This document shows positions 9,861-22,925 of a DNA stretch of 64,000 bases, piece after piece. The position numbers were made by a program, and so were the translations under genes. The stretch's first letter is position 1. Each line of letters begins with the position of its first letter. The DNA comes from an uncultured Spirochaetota bacterium (GTDB taxonomy: Bacteria; Spirochaetota; Spirochaetia; SZUA-6; CAVTHK01), in assembly GCA_963734495.1 (NCBI GenBank), contig CAVTHK010000008.1, positions 9,611-73,610 of the forward strand, written 5' to 3'. The notes under the pieces were generated by a model. The model ran no database searches, was not told the origin of the DNA, and was given only the letters and a program-made list of their open reading frames with translations.

Positions 9861-11728
9861 TCGAAGTCGAGCGTAATGGTCGTGCCGGAGGCTACCGGCG
9901 AACCGGGAGGCGGGCTCTGCCGCACGACGAAGCCCTCGCCGCGCATGATGATCTTGAGGTCCTGCCGCTCGAACAGCCCGAGGAGCGCGCGCTTCGGCGA
10001 CCCGGTGAGGTCGGGCATGGCCCCGCCGATGGTGATCGGCGCTCCGGGCCGGACGACCACCGACCCGGGGGAACGCACGATCTCGGTTCCCGCGCGCGGG
10101 ATGCCGCGCAGCGCCACCAGCTTGTCGGCGATCTCCTTGAAGACCGGCGCCGCGGTCCGGCCGCCGTAGATGTCCTTCTTGGGACCGTCGAGCACGACGT
10201 AGACGATGAACTGCGGGTCGTCGGTGGGGAAGATGCCGATGAACGACGCGATGAAGGTCTCGACAGAATAGGCGCCCGTCGCGGGGTCGCGCACCTCCGC
10301 CGTCCCGGTCTTCGCGCTCACCCGGAGGCCTTCGAGCTTCGCCCGCCGCGCCGTTCCGCCCTCGAACGTCGCGGTTTCCATCATCCGCAGCACGGACCGC
10401 GCGACTTCGGGCGAGAGGACCTCCGCGACGGGCTCCCGCGTGTAGCGCTTGATCAGCTTGCCCTCGGGGGAAACGACCTTGCTCACCAGCAGCGGCTTGA
10501 TCATCAACCCGTCGTTGGCAATGGCGGTGGCCGCGGCCACGACCTGAAGCGCCGAGACCGAGATCTCCTGGCCGAACGCGATCGTGGGCTTCGAGCGGGC
10601 CGACCACTCGGCGGGCGGCCGGAGAATCCCCGACGTCTCCCCCGAGAGCGGCACGCCGGTGGGGCGGCCGAAGCCGTACTTGCGCAGCATCTCGTAAAAG
10701 TCGCCCGCCGAGGCGCGCTCCGAGGCGTACGCCGCGCCGACGTTGGAGGAGTACTGCAGGATCTTCTGGGCGTTCACGGGGCCGTACACGCCCAGGTCCC
10801 GGATGCGGATGCCATGGCGGGCGTCCTCGTACACGCCGCCGGCGTAGAACGTGTCCTCCGGCGTGATGGCGCCGAGCTGAAGGAAACTGCTGATGCTGAA
10901 GATCTTGAACACCGAGCCGGGCTCATACGCGACGCGCGCCGGCCGGTTCGCGAGCGATGTCTCGGGGTAGCTGCGGTAGTTGTTGGGATCGAAGGACGGC
11001 AGCGACGCGTAGGCGAGGATTTCGCCCGAGCGGGCCTCCTCCACGAGGATGGTCGCCGAATCGGCGCGCGTTTCGCGCCAGGCCTTTTCCGCGATCTGCT
11101 CCACGAAATACTGGATGTTCAGGTCGATCGTGAGGAAGACCTGGTTGCCGAAGACCTCGCGCATCCCCTTGGCGACCTGCGGGGGGGAGAGCTCGTGGTC
11201 GAAAGTGAACTCGATGCCGTCGAGACCCGTGTTGTCGATCCCCACGTAACCGATCAGGTGCGCCCCGAGCTGACGCTCGGGGTAGCTGCGGCCGTACTCC
11301 TTGTACAGGCTGACGCCGGGCAGCTTGCCCCCGGCGATCAGGGCGCGGACCCGCGCCGACTCCGTCGGCGTGACCTTCCGCTTGATCCACACGAACCCCG
11401 TGCCCGATGCGAGCCGTTCCGCGACGGAACGCGGCTCCATCTCGAGCGCCTCGCCGAGCACCCGCGCCATCGAGTCCGCGTCCTGCACGTGCGGGACCCA
11501 TGCCGCCACGGAATCGAGCGCCGTCGTGATCGCGAGGATCCGGCCGTTGCGGTCGAGGATCGGCCCCCTCTCCACCGTCGGCAGGTCGATCAGCGACTCC
11601 TGGGGCCCCGAGGGGGAAATGACGGTCAGGTAGACGAGACGACCGACGATCAGGACGACCGTGAGGGCCGCGAAGGCGAGGAACCCGGCGAGCCGCCTGT
11701 CAGTCCGCGATTGCGCTTTCCACAGCAT
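9857..11728 (-). CDS. Class B penicillin-binding protein (FtsI/PBP3-like transpeptidase)
   Basis: RGPILDRNG, YEPGSVFK (SxxK), SSNVG (SxN) and KTGT motifs; C-terminal PASTA-like domain. Confidence 0.92.
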   Translation of the reverse strand: MLWKAQSRTDRRLAGFLAFAALTVVLIVGRLVYLTVISPSGPQESLIDLPTVERGPILDRNGRILAITTALDSVAAWVPHVQDADSMARVLGEALEMEPRSVAERLASGTGFVWIKRKVTPTESARVRALIAGGKLPGVSLYKEYGRSYPERQLGAHLIGYVGIDNTGLDGIEFTFDHELSPPQVAKGMREVFGNQVFLTIDLNIQYFVEQIAEKAWRETRADSATILVEEARSGEILAYASLPSFDPNNYRSYPETSLANRPARVAYEPGSVFKIFSISSFLQLGAITPEDTFYAGGVYEDARHGIRIRDLGVYGPVNAQKILQYSSNVGAAYASERASAGDFYEMLRKYGFGRPTGVPLSGETSGILRPPAEWSARSKPTIAFGQEISVSALQVVAAATAIANDGLMIKPLLVSKVVSPEGKLIKRYTREPVAEVLSPEVARSVLRMMETATFEGGTARRAKLEGLRVSAKTGTAEVRDPATGAYSVETFIASFIGIFPTDDPQFIVYVVLDGPKKDIYGGRTAAPVFKEIADKLVALRGIPRAGTEIVRSPGSVVVRPGAPITIGGAMPDLTGSPKRALLGLFERQDLKIIMRGEGFVVRQSPPPGSPVASGTTITLDFE

Positions 11729-11746
11729 CCGCGCTCCCCATGGATA

Positions 11747-11775
11747 TTAACGGACGGACGGCGCCCTGTCGATAT
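11747..11775 (+). promoter_or_regulatory. Possible sigma-28-type promoter of the M23 gene
   Basis: TTAAC-N16-GTCGATAT, 8 nt before ATG 11784. Confidence 0.4.
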
Positions 11776-11783
11776 GAGAAGCG

Positions 11784-12849
11784 ATGGGTACTGCTGCGCT
11801 CACGAGGCAGCACGTCAGCCGGAGACCTGCGCGTCTCCTGCTGCCCGCGCCGCGCGAGGAGTCGCGCCGGCCGGGCGCCTCGAACATCCTGGCTTTCCAC
11901 GCTCGGCCGATCCGGCCGGGGCGCCGGTTCCGGCCCGGCGTCGTGTTTCCCGTCGCCGGCCTTCTGCTGGTCCTGGCAGTCGTGCCCGCAGTGGGCACGC
12001 TCTCCGAAAAACGGCCCGCGCCCATCGCATCGGCCTCCCCTCCCGGCACGGCCGAAGCCCTCGCCGGGCTACCTGATCAGCGAGCCGATCCAGAAGGCCG
12101 CGCCCCACGGGGAGCTGCCGCGCACGCTCAAGGTCGCCACCCATCGCGTCGGGCCGCGGCGAGAGCCTCCTCGCGATCGCTGCAGCGGTACGGTGTCTCC
12201 GTCGATGCGCTGATCAGCTTCAACAACATCACGAGAGCCCGTTCGCTGCAGGCCGGGGTCGAGCTGCAGGTGCCCAACGCCGACGGCCTGGCCTATACCG
12301 TGCGCCGCGGGGACTCGCTCCGCGGCATCGCGGCCCGCTACGGAGTGAGCCTCGAGAGCCTCCTCGACTGGAACCGCATCGAGAGCGAAGTGATCCATGC
12401 GGGCCAGTCGCTGTTCGTCCCCGGGGCGCGGCTTCCGGCGTCCGTGCGCGAGTCCGTCCTCGGCAAGCTGATGGTCTTCCCCACCAGGGGGGAGCTGAGC
12501 TCGCGCTTCGGCTGGCGGCAGAACCCCTTTACCGGGCTGCGCGAGCATCACAACGGCCTCGACATAGGGGCCCCGGTCGGGACTCCGGTGGTCGCGGCGA
12601 TGGCCGGACGGGTCGCGGCGGTGGGGATCAGCCCGGTCTACGGCAGGTACGTGATCCTCGCCCACGCCGGAGGGCTGCAGACCCTGTACGGGCACCTGAA
12701 CCGCGCCCTCGTGTCGCGGGGAGCCGACGGTCTCGCAGGGCCAGCAGATCGGCGAGGTCGGCAATACCGGCTACAGCACGGGCTCGCATCTCCACTTCAC
12801 GGTGTTCCGCAACAACGTGCCCGTTGACCCCTTGCGCTTTTTCCAGTAG
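11784..12849 (+). CDS. LysM-containing M23 family peptidoglycan endopeptidase; frameshifted (near 12060, 12160 and 12720)
   Basis: Two LysM repeats (YTVRRGDSL..IA..YGVS), SSRFGWR.NP, HNGLDIG, TLYGHL; VGNTGYSTGSHLHF...VDPL continues in a shifted frame to TAG 12849. Confidence 0.85.
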
Positions 12850-12862
12850 GAGGCGGCGGCCC

Positions 12863-13933
12863 ATGAAGCGGCTCGTACTCTCCGTGGTCGGCCTTCTGGC
12901 ATTGTTCTCGATCCTGAGAGCGCATTCCCAGGAGGAGACCCGCCATCTGATCGTCCACCCCAGCCTGATCGATCTCGCCGACGACGATTCGGGCGTGAGC
13001 ATCGCGCTCGGGGCGGTGGAGGCCTCGGGCGACAGGGACCAGGTCTGGAACGTGTTCCCGATCCGGGTCTCGCTGCGCTCGGGAAAGCAGCGTCTCACGG
13101 TCAGCCTGAGCGGGCTCGACGTGCTCGCGCGCCGCGGCCTCAGCATCGGGCGGCCCGTCTCTGTCGGCGGCACGCACCGCGGGGACCTCGTGAGCGTCGG
13201 GGGCGACGTGGTCGTCACCGGAGTCGTCGAAGGCTCGGTGTGGGTCTTCGGCGCCGACGCCATCGTCAGGTCGGGGGCGAGGGTGGACGGCGACGCGGTG
13301 GCGCTCGGCGGCAAGGTCATCGCCGAGAGGGGCGCCGCGCTCGGGGGCAACAAGGAGTCGCTTCCGGCCATCCGCATCCCGTTCCTCGGCTTCGTCACGT
13401 CCCGGCAGTCGGCCGACTCCCTGGCGCTCATCATCGAGTTGTTCGGCGTCGCGCTCACGCTCATCGCGCTCTTCCTCGCGCTGCACTTCCGGGCCGGGTA
13501 CCTCAGCCGCCAGGCCGCGATCGTCTCCTCCGCGTGGAAATCGAACCTGCTCTACCTGTTCCTCGGGGCCGTGCTCGCGCCCGTTCTCGTCGCGTGCCTC
13601 GCGGCGTCGATCGCGGGGCTGCTCCTCGTGCCCGTGCTCGTCGTCGCGCTGGCCCTTACCACGTACCTGGGCTTCCTCGGCGTGTCGGTGCGGCTCGGGC
13701 GCGTGTTGATGAGGGGCGACGACGACCCGCTGCGCCTCTTCGGGGCCGGCCTCATCGGCCTGGCGCTGATCCGCGGGCCCGCGATCGCCGGCCGCGTGCT
13801 TTCGATCTTCGCCTCCGACCTGTTCCTGGCCGTCGGCGCCTTCCTCGAGGCCGTGAGCGGGATCGTCCTCTTCCTCTCGCTGCTCTACGGCTTCGGATGC
13901 GGCCTCACGGCCGTCCGGGAGTCTTCGCGGTAG
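12863..13933 (+). CDS. Membrane protein with bactofilin-like (polymer-forming cytoskeletal) beta-helix repeats and about 5 C-terminal TM helices
   Basis: Signal peptide; GDLVSVGGDVVVTGVVEGSVWVFG...VDGDAVALGGKV repeats; hydrophobic C-terminal half. Confidence 0.65.
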   Translation: MKRLVLSVVGLLALFSILRAHSQEETRHLIVHPSLIDLADDDSGVSIALGAVEASGDRDQVWNVFPIRVSLRSGKQRLTVSLSGLDVLARRGLSIGRPVSVGGTHRGDLVSVGGDVVVTGVVEGSVWVFGADAIVRSGARVDGDAVALGGKVIAERGAALGGNKESLPAIRIPFLGFVTSRQSADSLALIIELFGVALTLIALFLALHFRAGYLSRQAAIVSSAWKSNLLYLFLGAVLAPVLVACLAASIAGLLLVPVLVVALALTTYLGFLGVSVRLGRVLMRGDDDPLRLFGAGLIGLALIRGPAIAGRVLSIFASDLFLAVGAFLEAVSGIVLFLSLLYGFGCGLTAVRESSR

Positions 13934-13960
13934 CCGCCCCCGCCGGCCCCCCCGGCCGGG

Positions 13961-16714
<2,754 letters not shown>

Positions 16715-16720
16715 GGGTAC

Positions 16721-16773
16721 AGTGTACCCTCGCCCCGCAAACGTTGACAAGCTCGGGCCGCGGCGACTACACT
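16721..16773. promoter_or_regulatory. Divergent sigma-70 promoters with overlapping -35 boxes
   Basis: Plus strand TTGACA(16744)-N18-TACACT(16768); minus strand TTGTCA(16750)-N18-TACACT(16726). Confidence 0.65.
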
Positions 16774-16843
16774 CGTCGCGCACATGCACGCGCCGGGACT
16801 GCACTCGGGGGCCGGGGACGGCCGGAGGCCGTCGCCCGCGGGA

Positions 16844-18061
16844 ATGCGGGCGCGCGTCCTTCTCTTGACCGCAATGGCGGCCGCCTTCGTGTCCTGCACA
16901 AAGATCTCCACGCCGACTCTCCCGCGGGAAGAGCTGTTCTCGCTGGGCCTCGGCAACATGGAGAACCAGATCGACCTCTTCATGGTCGACGGCCGCCCCC
17001 TCAACAGGAGCAACCTGATCTACGTCAAGGGCGGAAGGATCTACATCGTCAACGGGAACGCCTCCAAGATCATGGAGTTCACCCCGTTCGGCGACCTGGT
17101 CTTCCTGCTCTACAACGCGGACGTCAACCCGCAGCCCGTCATCCTCAAGCCGGCCGCGGCCGGCGCCGACGAGCCCAACCGCCGCGCGCAGGGCTACGCG
17201 CTCGCCGACCCCGGGGTGATGGCCGTCGACGGCGAGAAGCGGCTGTACGTCGAGGACCGCGTCGGCCCTCTGCAGGGCCGCTTCGACGAGAGCACGGGGA
17301 CGACGCACTACGCCCACGTCCTGCGGTTCGACCGCGACGGGAAGCTGATCGACTACCTGGGCCAGGAGGGGGTGGGGGGGACCCCCTTCCCGTTCATCGA
17401 CGCCATCCGCATCACCGCGCACGACGAGCCGGTGGTCGTCTGCCGCGTGCCCCCGGCCCGCTGGATCGTCTACTGGTTCACCAAGGAGGGCTCGCTTCTC
17501 TACCGCGTGGAGTTCGACCGCGACTACCTGCCCGCCCCGCAGGACACGCTCCCGTTCCTGGAGGGGATCTTCGCGGACTATTCCCGCCGCGAGCTCCTGC
17601 TCGCCGTGAGCTACTACAGGGAAGAGATCAACGCGTCCACCCGCACGCCCGAGACGTGGCTGCACGTCGGGACGCGGATCCACCGTTTCGACATCGCCAA
17701 GGCGGAGTACGTCGGTCAGGTCGACGTCCCCGACGCCGGCGTGCGGCGCGAGCGGGTCGGGGCTTCCGAGCTGGAGATCCCGTCTCCGCCTTACGAGTTC
17801 CTCGGCAATACCCGCAACGGCTACCTGTTCTTCCTCAAGCCCGAGGAGGCCAACACCTACCGGCTCCTCGTCCTGGACGCGAGGGGCCGGGAGCATGCCC
17901 GGCGCCTCATCACGGTCGAGGACCAGGAGCTTTCCTTCAAGAAACTTACCCTCTCCGAGGAAGGCGTGCTCGCGGGTCTGCTCGGCCTCAATGACGGGGC
18001 GCGGGTCGTCTGGTGGCGGGCGGACCGGCTCGTCGAAGGTGCGGGGGATGCGCGTCGTTAG
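16844..18061 (+). CDS. Conserved spirochaete lipoprotein (LIC_12708-like) divergent from secA
   Basis: Lipobox-like AFVSC after a hydrophobic leader; [11 protein letters not shown] and [15 protein letters not shown] motifs; family name is recalled, not searched. Confidence 0.65.
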   Translation: MRARVLLLTAMAAAFVSCTKISTPTLPREELFSLGLGNMENQIDLFMVDGRPLNRSNLIYVKGGRIYIVNGNASKIMEFTPFGDLVFLLYNADVNPQPVILKPAAAGADEPNRRAQGYALADPGVMAVDGEKRLYVEDRVGPLQGRFDESTGTTHYAHVLRFDRDGKLIDYLGQEGVGGTPFPFIDAIRITAHDEPVVVCRVPPARWIVYWFTKEGSLLYRVEFDRDYLPAPQDTLPFLEGIFADYSRRELLLAVSYYREEINASTRTPETWLHVGTRIHRFDIAKAEYVGQVDVPDAGVRRERVGASELEIPSPPYEFLGNTRNGYLFFLKPEEANTYRLLVLDARGREHARRLITVEDQELSFKKLTLSEEGVLAGLLGLNDGARVVWWRADRLVEGAGDARR

Positions 18062-19544
18062 CTCGGCCGAGATGGCCGAGATCGACCGGTTGACGCAGGC
18101 GGAGTACTCGATCCCCGGGATCGTCCTGATGGAAAACGCGGGCGCGAATGCCTTTCGAGCCCTGCTCGACCAAGGCCTGCGCGAGCCGGTCGTCTTCGCG
18201 GCCGGTAAAGGGAACAACGGCGGCGACGCTTTCGTGATGGCGCGCCACGCGCAGCTCGCCGGGATCAAGCGGCTCGCCGTCATCCTCGCGGCCGGGAGGC
18301 CGCGCGAAGGCAGCGAGCCCGCGCTCAACCTGGCCTCCTGCAGAGCTCTCGGCATCGGCGTCATCGGTTTCGAGGAACGGGCGGCCCGGGCCCGGCTGCA
18401 GGAAGCGGCGTGGATCGTGGACGGCGTCGCGGGCACGGGGCTCACCGGCCCTCTGCGCGCTCCGCTCGACCGGGTCGTGCGGGCCATCAACCGCGCGCCG
18501 GGAAAGAGGGCGGCGGTCGACGTTCCCAGCGGCCTGCGCGACGGCTGGGTCGCGGCGGAGCCCGTGGTTCACGCGGACGTCACCCTGACCATGGGGCTTC
18601 CCAAGCGCTGCCTGTACCTGCCGCAGGCCCGCGCTCTCTGCGGCAGGATACGCGTCGTCGACGTCGGTTTTCCCCCCGCGCTCCTGGAGGCGGCCCACCT
18701 GCGGGGCGAGCTGCTCGCCGCGGCCGACCTGGATCGCCTCGTTCCGCCGCTCGCGCCCGACACGTACAAGAACCGGCGCGGTCACCTCGCGGTGTTCGCC
18801 GGCTCCCCCGGCACCACCGGCGCGGCGTGGCTTGCGGCTCACGCGGCGGCGCGATCGCGGACCGGGCTCGTGACGTTGTACGCGCATCCGGAGATCTACG
18901 CCGCGGTCGCCGGCGGGTACAGCTCCGTGATGGTGCGCCGCGGCACGCCGACCGCTCTGGAGCTGGCCCGCCACACCGCCTTCGTGGCGGGTCCGGGGTG
19001 GGGGACGACGCAAGAGCGCAGGTCGGAGCTGGCGCTGCTGCTGCGGAGTCCGCTCCCGGGCGTCATCGACGCGGACGCCCTTGCTCTTGCGGCGGACATC
19101 CTGGCGAGGGACGGCGTCGCTCCCGGCGGGAACCGCGTGCTGACGCCTCACCCCGGCGAGGCCGCGCGCGTCCTCGACTGCCCGGTCGCGGACGTCCTGC
19201 GCGACCCTCTCGCGGCGCTCGAGGAGGCGGAAAAGAGGCTCGGCTGCGTGATCGTGCTCAAGGGGCACGTGACGACGGTCTGGTCTCCGGGCGGCCGCTT
19301 TGCAGTGCTCGACGGCATGAACGCCGCGCTGGCGACGGGAGGCAGCGGCGACGTGCTCGCCGGAACGATCGGCGGGCTGCTCGCGAGCGGCCTCACGGCC
19401 GAGGCCGCCGCCCGAGCCGGGGTGCTGGCGCATTCGGTGGCGGCCTTCCGCGCGGCAAAGGCGCGCGGGCTCTTCCTTTCGGAGGACCTGTTGCCGTTTC
19501 TCTCGCGCGTCTTCGCGCCGCGGCCTGACCGGAGGCAGCCGTGA
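18048..19544 (+). CDS. nnr: Bifunctional NAD(P)H-hydrate epimerase/dehydratase
   Basis: [37 protein letters not shown] and [12 protein letters not shown]. Confidence 0.95.
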   Translation: MRVVSSAEMAEIDRLTQAEYSIPGIVLMENAGANAFRALLDQGLREPVVFAAGKGNNGGDAFVMARHAQLAGIKRLAVILAAGRPREGSEPALNLASCRALGIGVIGFEERAARARLQEAAWIVDGVAGTGLTGPLRAPLDRVVRAINRAPGKRAAVDVPSGLRDGWVAAEPVVHADVTLTMGLPKRCLYLPQARALCGRIRVVDVGFPPALLEAAHLRGELLAAADLDRLVPPLAPDTYKNRRGHLAVFAGSPGTTGAAWLAAHAAARSRTGLVTLYAHPEIYAAVAGGYSSVMVRRGTPTALELARHTAFVAGPGWGTTQERRSELALLLRSPLPGVIDADALALAADILARDGVAPGGNRVLTPHPGEAARVLDCPVADVLRDPLAALEEAEKRLGCVIVLKGHVTTVWSPGGRFAVLDGMNAALATGGSGDVLAGTIGGLLASGLTAEAAARAGVLAHSVAAFRAAKARGLFLSEDLLPFLSRVFAPRPDRRQP

Positions 19545-20017
19545 GCGACGACCTGAACTTCCACTACAAGCGCGACGAGCGCCTCTCGATGCGCAGCGCG
19601 CCGCAGCCTCGCGCCGAGGGCGGAGGCCCCATCCGCCGCCGCGGCATCCCCATCCTGTTCGTCGGGGTCCTGATCGCCATCGTGCTGGTCCTCCAGCGCC
19701 ATCCGCCCGCGGCGGGGCCCTACCGCGCCGAGCTCGCGGGGTGCCAGGTCACGCTGACCGCGATCGCGGCCGGCGACGACGTCATCGCCGCGCTCGAGCT
19801 CAAGGGCGGCGCGAGCGTCGCGGCCGGCGAGCGGCTGTTCGCAATCTTCCGCGCCGGCGAAGCGGAGCTGCGCCTCTCCGAAATGCTGCCCGCAGCCGGG
19901 CGCTCGGTCACCCTCGACGGCCGCATCATCGGGGCCGGGGCCGCGCGCGAAGTGGTCGTCGAGGTGACGGCGGGCGGCAAGACCGCCGTGCTGCGCCGAG
20001 CCCTCGAGCGCGGCTGA
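19541..20017 (+). CDS. Hypothetical single-TM protein
   Basis: GTG start overlapping the nnr stop; FHYKRDERL N-terminus followed by a TM segment. Confidence 0.7.
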   Translation: MSDDLNFHYKRDERLSMRSAPQPRAEGGGPIRRRGIPILFVGVLIAIVLVLQRHPPAAGPYRAELAGCQVTLTAIAAGDDVIAALELKGGASVAAGERLFAIFRAGEAELRLSEMLPAAGRSVTLDGRIIGAGAAREVVVEVTAGGKTAVLRRALERG

Positions 20018-20095
20018 GGCGCGCGGCCGCGCGCGCGGTTGACGCGGCCCTTGGCCGGGGCGTATTCTCGCATCGCTCGCGACCCGGAGGGGGGA

Positions 20096-20503
20096 ATGCT
20101 CCAGTTCTATGCGCTGTCCGTGTTCGCCAACATCCTCACGGGGCTGATCGTGGCCTCCGACGCGACCGAAGGCAAGGGGTTTCTCGGCCAGCTGCGAAAG
20201 CTGTTCGAGGAGAACAGCCTCAAGTTCGGCCTCGGGCTCGCTTCGCTCGTGATCGCCTTCTTCAAGCTCCTGAGCCCCATCGAGGGTGACGTGCCCGTCA
20301 TCGGCGATCTCCTGCCCGCCGTCGCGGGCCTCGCGACCGGGGCGATCCTGCTGTTCGACTTCTTCCGCGGCTCTTCCGACATCAAGAGCTCGACGGTCGA
20401 CAAGCTCGAGACCGGGATCCTCTCCTACCGCAGGTACATCGGCATCGGCGCCGCAGTGACGGGGCTCCTTCATTTTCTCATTCCGACGGTCCCCATCTTC
20501 TAG
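20096..20503 (+). CDS. Conserved hypothetical 4-TM membrane protein
   Basis: SD GGAGG; MLQFY...FKLLSP...GDLLPAVAG...HFLIP; upstream TTGACG-N18-TATTCT. Confidence 0.8.
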   Translation: MLQFYALSVFANILTGLIVASDATEGKGFLGQLRKLFEENSLKFGLGLASLVIAFFKLLSPIEGDVPVIGDLLPAVAGLATGAILLFDFFRGSSDIKSSTVDKLETGILSYRRYIGIGAAVTGLLHFLIPTVPIF

Positions 20504-21250
20504 GTGAGCCGGCGCGTCCTCTTCCTCGATTTCGACGGGGTGATCTGCGACTCGATCGACGAGTGCTTCGTGAGCTCCTGGCTCGCGTACCATCGGCGGC
20601 CCGGCAGCCGGCAGCCGTCGAGCCTCGCCATCGGGCTGCGCAGGCGGTTCGCGGAGATGCGGCCCTTTATCCGCTCGGGCGAGGATTACGTCGTCATCCA
20701 GCGGCTGCTGGCCGAGGGGCGGGTCGTGTCGACCCAGGCGGAGTTCGACGCCGCGCTCGCGGCCGAGGGCGGGATGGGCCGGCTCAAGGAGGAGTTCTAC
20801 GCCGCGCGCGGGGGCCTTCTGGAGAGCGACCGTGCCTACTGGCTGTCGTTGAACCGGGTGTACCCGGAGGTGCGAAGCCCGCTGGCCAGGATTGCGGACA
20901 GGGATGACGTGCGAGTCCTCTCGACGAAGAAGAGCGAGTTCATCGTGGAGATCCTCGCGGCCAACGGCATCTCGATGCCCATCGATCGCGTGATCTACAC
21001 CGGTTCGCGGACCAAGGCGGAGATCATCGTTGCGATGCTGTCGCCGGCCGACCGGGCCCTGCTCGTCGACGACCAGATCGACCACCTGGTCGCCTGCAGG
21101 GACCCGCGCGTGGAGGTGCGGCTCGCGCTGTGGGGCTACATCAGACCGGAGTGGCCCGGGCAGCACCCCGAGGTCCCGGCCGTCGGTCTCGATGCGCTCG
21201 AGGCGCTGCTCGCGCCCTGGCTCACTCGCCCTCGGCCAGCAGGTGCATGA
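20504..21250 (+). CDS. HAD-superfamily hydrolase
   Basis: LFLDFDGVICDS motif I, LSTK, VDD and LALWGY. Confidence 0.85.
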   Translation: MSRRVLFLDFDGVICDSIDECFVSSWLAYHRRPGSRQPSSLAIGLRRRFAEMRPFIRSGEDYVVIQRLLAEGRVVSTQAEFDAALAAEGGMGRLKEEFYAARGGLLESDRAYWLSLNRVYPEVRSPLARIADRDDVRVLSTKKSEFIVEILAANGISMPIDRVIYTGSRTKAEIIVAMLSPADRALLVDDQIDHLVACRDPRVEVRLALWGYIRPEWPGQHPEVPAVGLDALEALLAPWLTRPRPAGA

Positions 21251-21671
21251 GCTCTTCCTCGGACACGACCGGCCCGCCCTCTTCCCGCCCGCGCGACGTC
21301 TCCGCGACCTGGTAGTCGAGCTCGCGCTCCATCTCCCGCAGAGTCTCGCGCATGCGCTGGTACCGGGGGCCCTGTTCGGCGAGCGCGGCGGACATCGGGG
21401 AGCGGTCGGCGAGGATCGTCTCCAGAACGTCGAGGATGAGGACGGCGAGGGATCGCAGGTCGATCAGCACCTGCAGCCGTTCCTTCCGGAAGGAGCTTTC
21501 CTTGAGCGCCCGGAAGATCCGGCCTGCGGTCGTTGCGACGAAATGGATCTCCCGGTCTATGTACTCCGCGAACAGGTCGGGGTCGACAGCCCGGCCGAGG
21601 TTGCGGATGAGCGCGCCGACCTGAGCATGGAGGTAGAGGATGTCGGCTGCGAAATTGACTTTCTTGGGCAT
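21222..21671 (-). CDS. Conserved hypothetical helical protein (149 aa)
   Basis: MPKKVNFAADILYL...DPDLFAEYI...VVSEEELMHLL; GC3-rich coding pattern. Confidence 0.75.
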   Translation of the reverse strand: MPKKVNFAADILYLHAQVGALIRNLGRAVDPDLFAEYIDREIHFVATTAGRIFRALKESSFRKERLQVLIDLRSLAVLILDVLETILADRSPMSAALAEQGPRYQRMRETLREMERELDYQVAETSRGREEGGPVVSEEELMHLLAEGE

Positions 21672-21680
21672 CCCTTTTAA

Positions 21681-21708
21681 TGGTCGGATGGTCTCCTCGT
21701 TCGCTTGA
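21681..21708 (-). promoter_or_regulatory. Sigma-28-type promoter
   Basis: TCAAG-N15-TCCGACCA, 9 nt before ATG 21671; same spacing as the 8050 site. Confidence 0.55.
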
Positions 21709-21973
21709 CGCTGCACCGGCGCTCGCGGGCGTTCGGGACGCGTGGCGCAGGGCGCAGCGCGGGGCGCGGCAGGGCACAGGGGGCGGGGCCCGCGGGGAGA
21801 CAGGCGCGAGCGAGTCCGGGGGGCGGACGATGGGGCGGCGGGCGCCTTGCGGGCCGACCCAGCCGGCCTTTGCCCCGTGGCGTCGATGAGAAGCGCCGCG
21901 ACGGGGGTGTGCCCTGCGAAAGGCAAGGGATCCATCGGACGCGTTCATTGATGAGATGATGCGTCACGTCACC

Positions 21974-22066
21974 TTGACACTCGCCGCGCCGCCGCGTTAT
22001 GGTCTTTCATACCTCTTCATTCGCCGCGCGAACGTGGCGGATCGTAAGGCCAGGGGGAGGAACCCG
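21974..22066 (+). promoter_or_regulatory. rpsF promoter and probable S6:S18 autoregulatory leader
   Basis: TTGACA-N18-TATGGT; leader CCTCTT can pair with the SD region AGGGGGAGG around the hairpin CGCCGCG-CGAA-CGTGGCG. Confidence 0.55.
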
Positions 22067-22390
22067 TTGTACACGTACGAGGCAGTCTTCATCTATCCGT
22101 CCGGCGCCGACAAACTGGTGTCCGGAAAAGAGGCGGTCGCCCAGGAGTTCGCCACGGCCGGCGTCAAGGTCCTCAGCGAAGAGGACATGGCCGAACGTGA
22201 TCTGGCGTACCCGATCCAGGGCAGCGACCGCGGTCACTACATCCTCTACAACGTAGAGGCGCCGGACCAGGCGATCGGGAACCTCGAAAAAGTCCTCAGG
22301 ATCAAGTCGGGCATCCTCAGATTCCACTTCTACAGGCAGGACTTGCGCATACGGCAGCCCAAGGCCGCCGCAGCAGCAGCCAAGACCTGA
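22067..22390 (+). CDS. rpsF: 30S ribosomal protein S6
   Basis: TTG start after GGAGG; YEAVFI, RDLAYPI, GHYILYNV and ILRF; first gene of rpsF-ssb-rpsR. Confidence 0.9.
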   Translation: MYTYEAVFIYPSGADKLVSGKEAVAQEFATAGVKVLSEEDMAERDLAYPIQGSDRGHYILYNVEAPDQAIGNLEKVLRIKSGILRFHFYRQDLRIRQPKAAAAAAKT

Positions 22391-22394
22391 CGCC

Positions 22395-22874
22395 ATGGCC
22401 GACATCAACCGTGTCATCATCGTCGGGCGGCTGACGAGGGACGCCGAGCTCAAGTACACTTCGGGGGGCTCCCCCGTGGCGAAGTTCGGCCTCGCGGTGA
22501 ATCGCCGGCGCAAGGTCGGCGACCAGTGGGAAGAGGAAGCCAACTTCTTCGACGTCGTCGTCTGGGGGCGGACCGCAGAGGCGCTCAACCAGTACCTCGT
22601 CAAAGGCAAGCAGATCGGGGTCGAAGGCGAGCTCCGCCAGGATCGCTGGGAGCAGGACGGCCAGAAGCGCAGCCGAGTCGAGATCGTCGCCAGCAACATC
22701 ATGCTCCTCGGCGGCAGGGGCGGCGAGGGCGGGCCTGGTCCGTCGAGCCCCGGCGGGCCCGGAGGCCAGGGAGGCCAGGGAGGCCCGGCGGGACCCGCCC
22801 GCGGCGGCGGAGCGGCCGGCGGTCCTGCGGGCCACGAGGGCCAGGACGATTTCGAGGACGATATCCCATTCTGA
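22395..22874 (+). CDS. ssb: Single-stranded DNA-binding protein
   Basis: INRVIIVGRLTRDAELKYT, G/P-rich linker and DDIPF tail. Confidence 0.98.
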   Translation: MADINRVIIVGRLTRDAELKYTSGGSPVAKFGLAVNRRRKVGDQWEEEANFFDVVVWGRTAEALNQYLVKGKQIGVEGELRQDRWEQDGQKRSRVEIVASNIMLLGGRGGEGGPGPSSPGGPGGQGGQGGPAGPARGGGAAGGPAGHEGQDDFEDDIPF

Positions 22875-22925
22875 TTCCGACGGCCGCGCCCCCGTTGTCC
22901 GGCTGCGCGGCCAGCAGGAGGACAC

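Noticed and set aside
8669-12076. Very long antisense ORFs (1135 aa here; others at 5074-7434, 13970-16747 and 32476-34461)
   Set aside because: They are stop-poor shadows expected at about 70% GC opposite well-supported genes, with no recognisable motifs.
16715-18490. 592-aa N-terminal extension of SecA
   Set aside because: It is the antisense shadow of the lipoprotein and nnr genes; promoter and homology support ATG 16714.
21880-21925. Hammerhead ribozyme (GATGAG...CGAAA)
   Set aside because: The CUGAUGA core and the three-stem junction with a cleavage triplet cannot be assembled.
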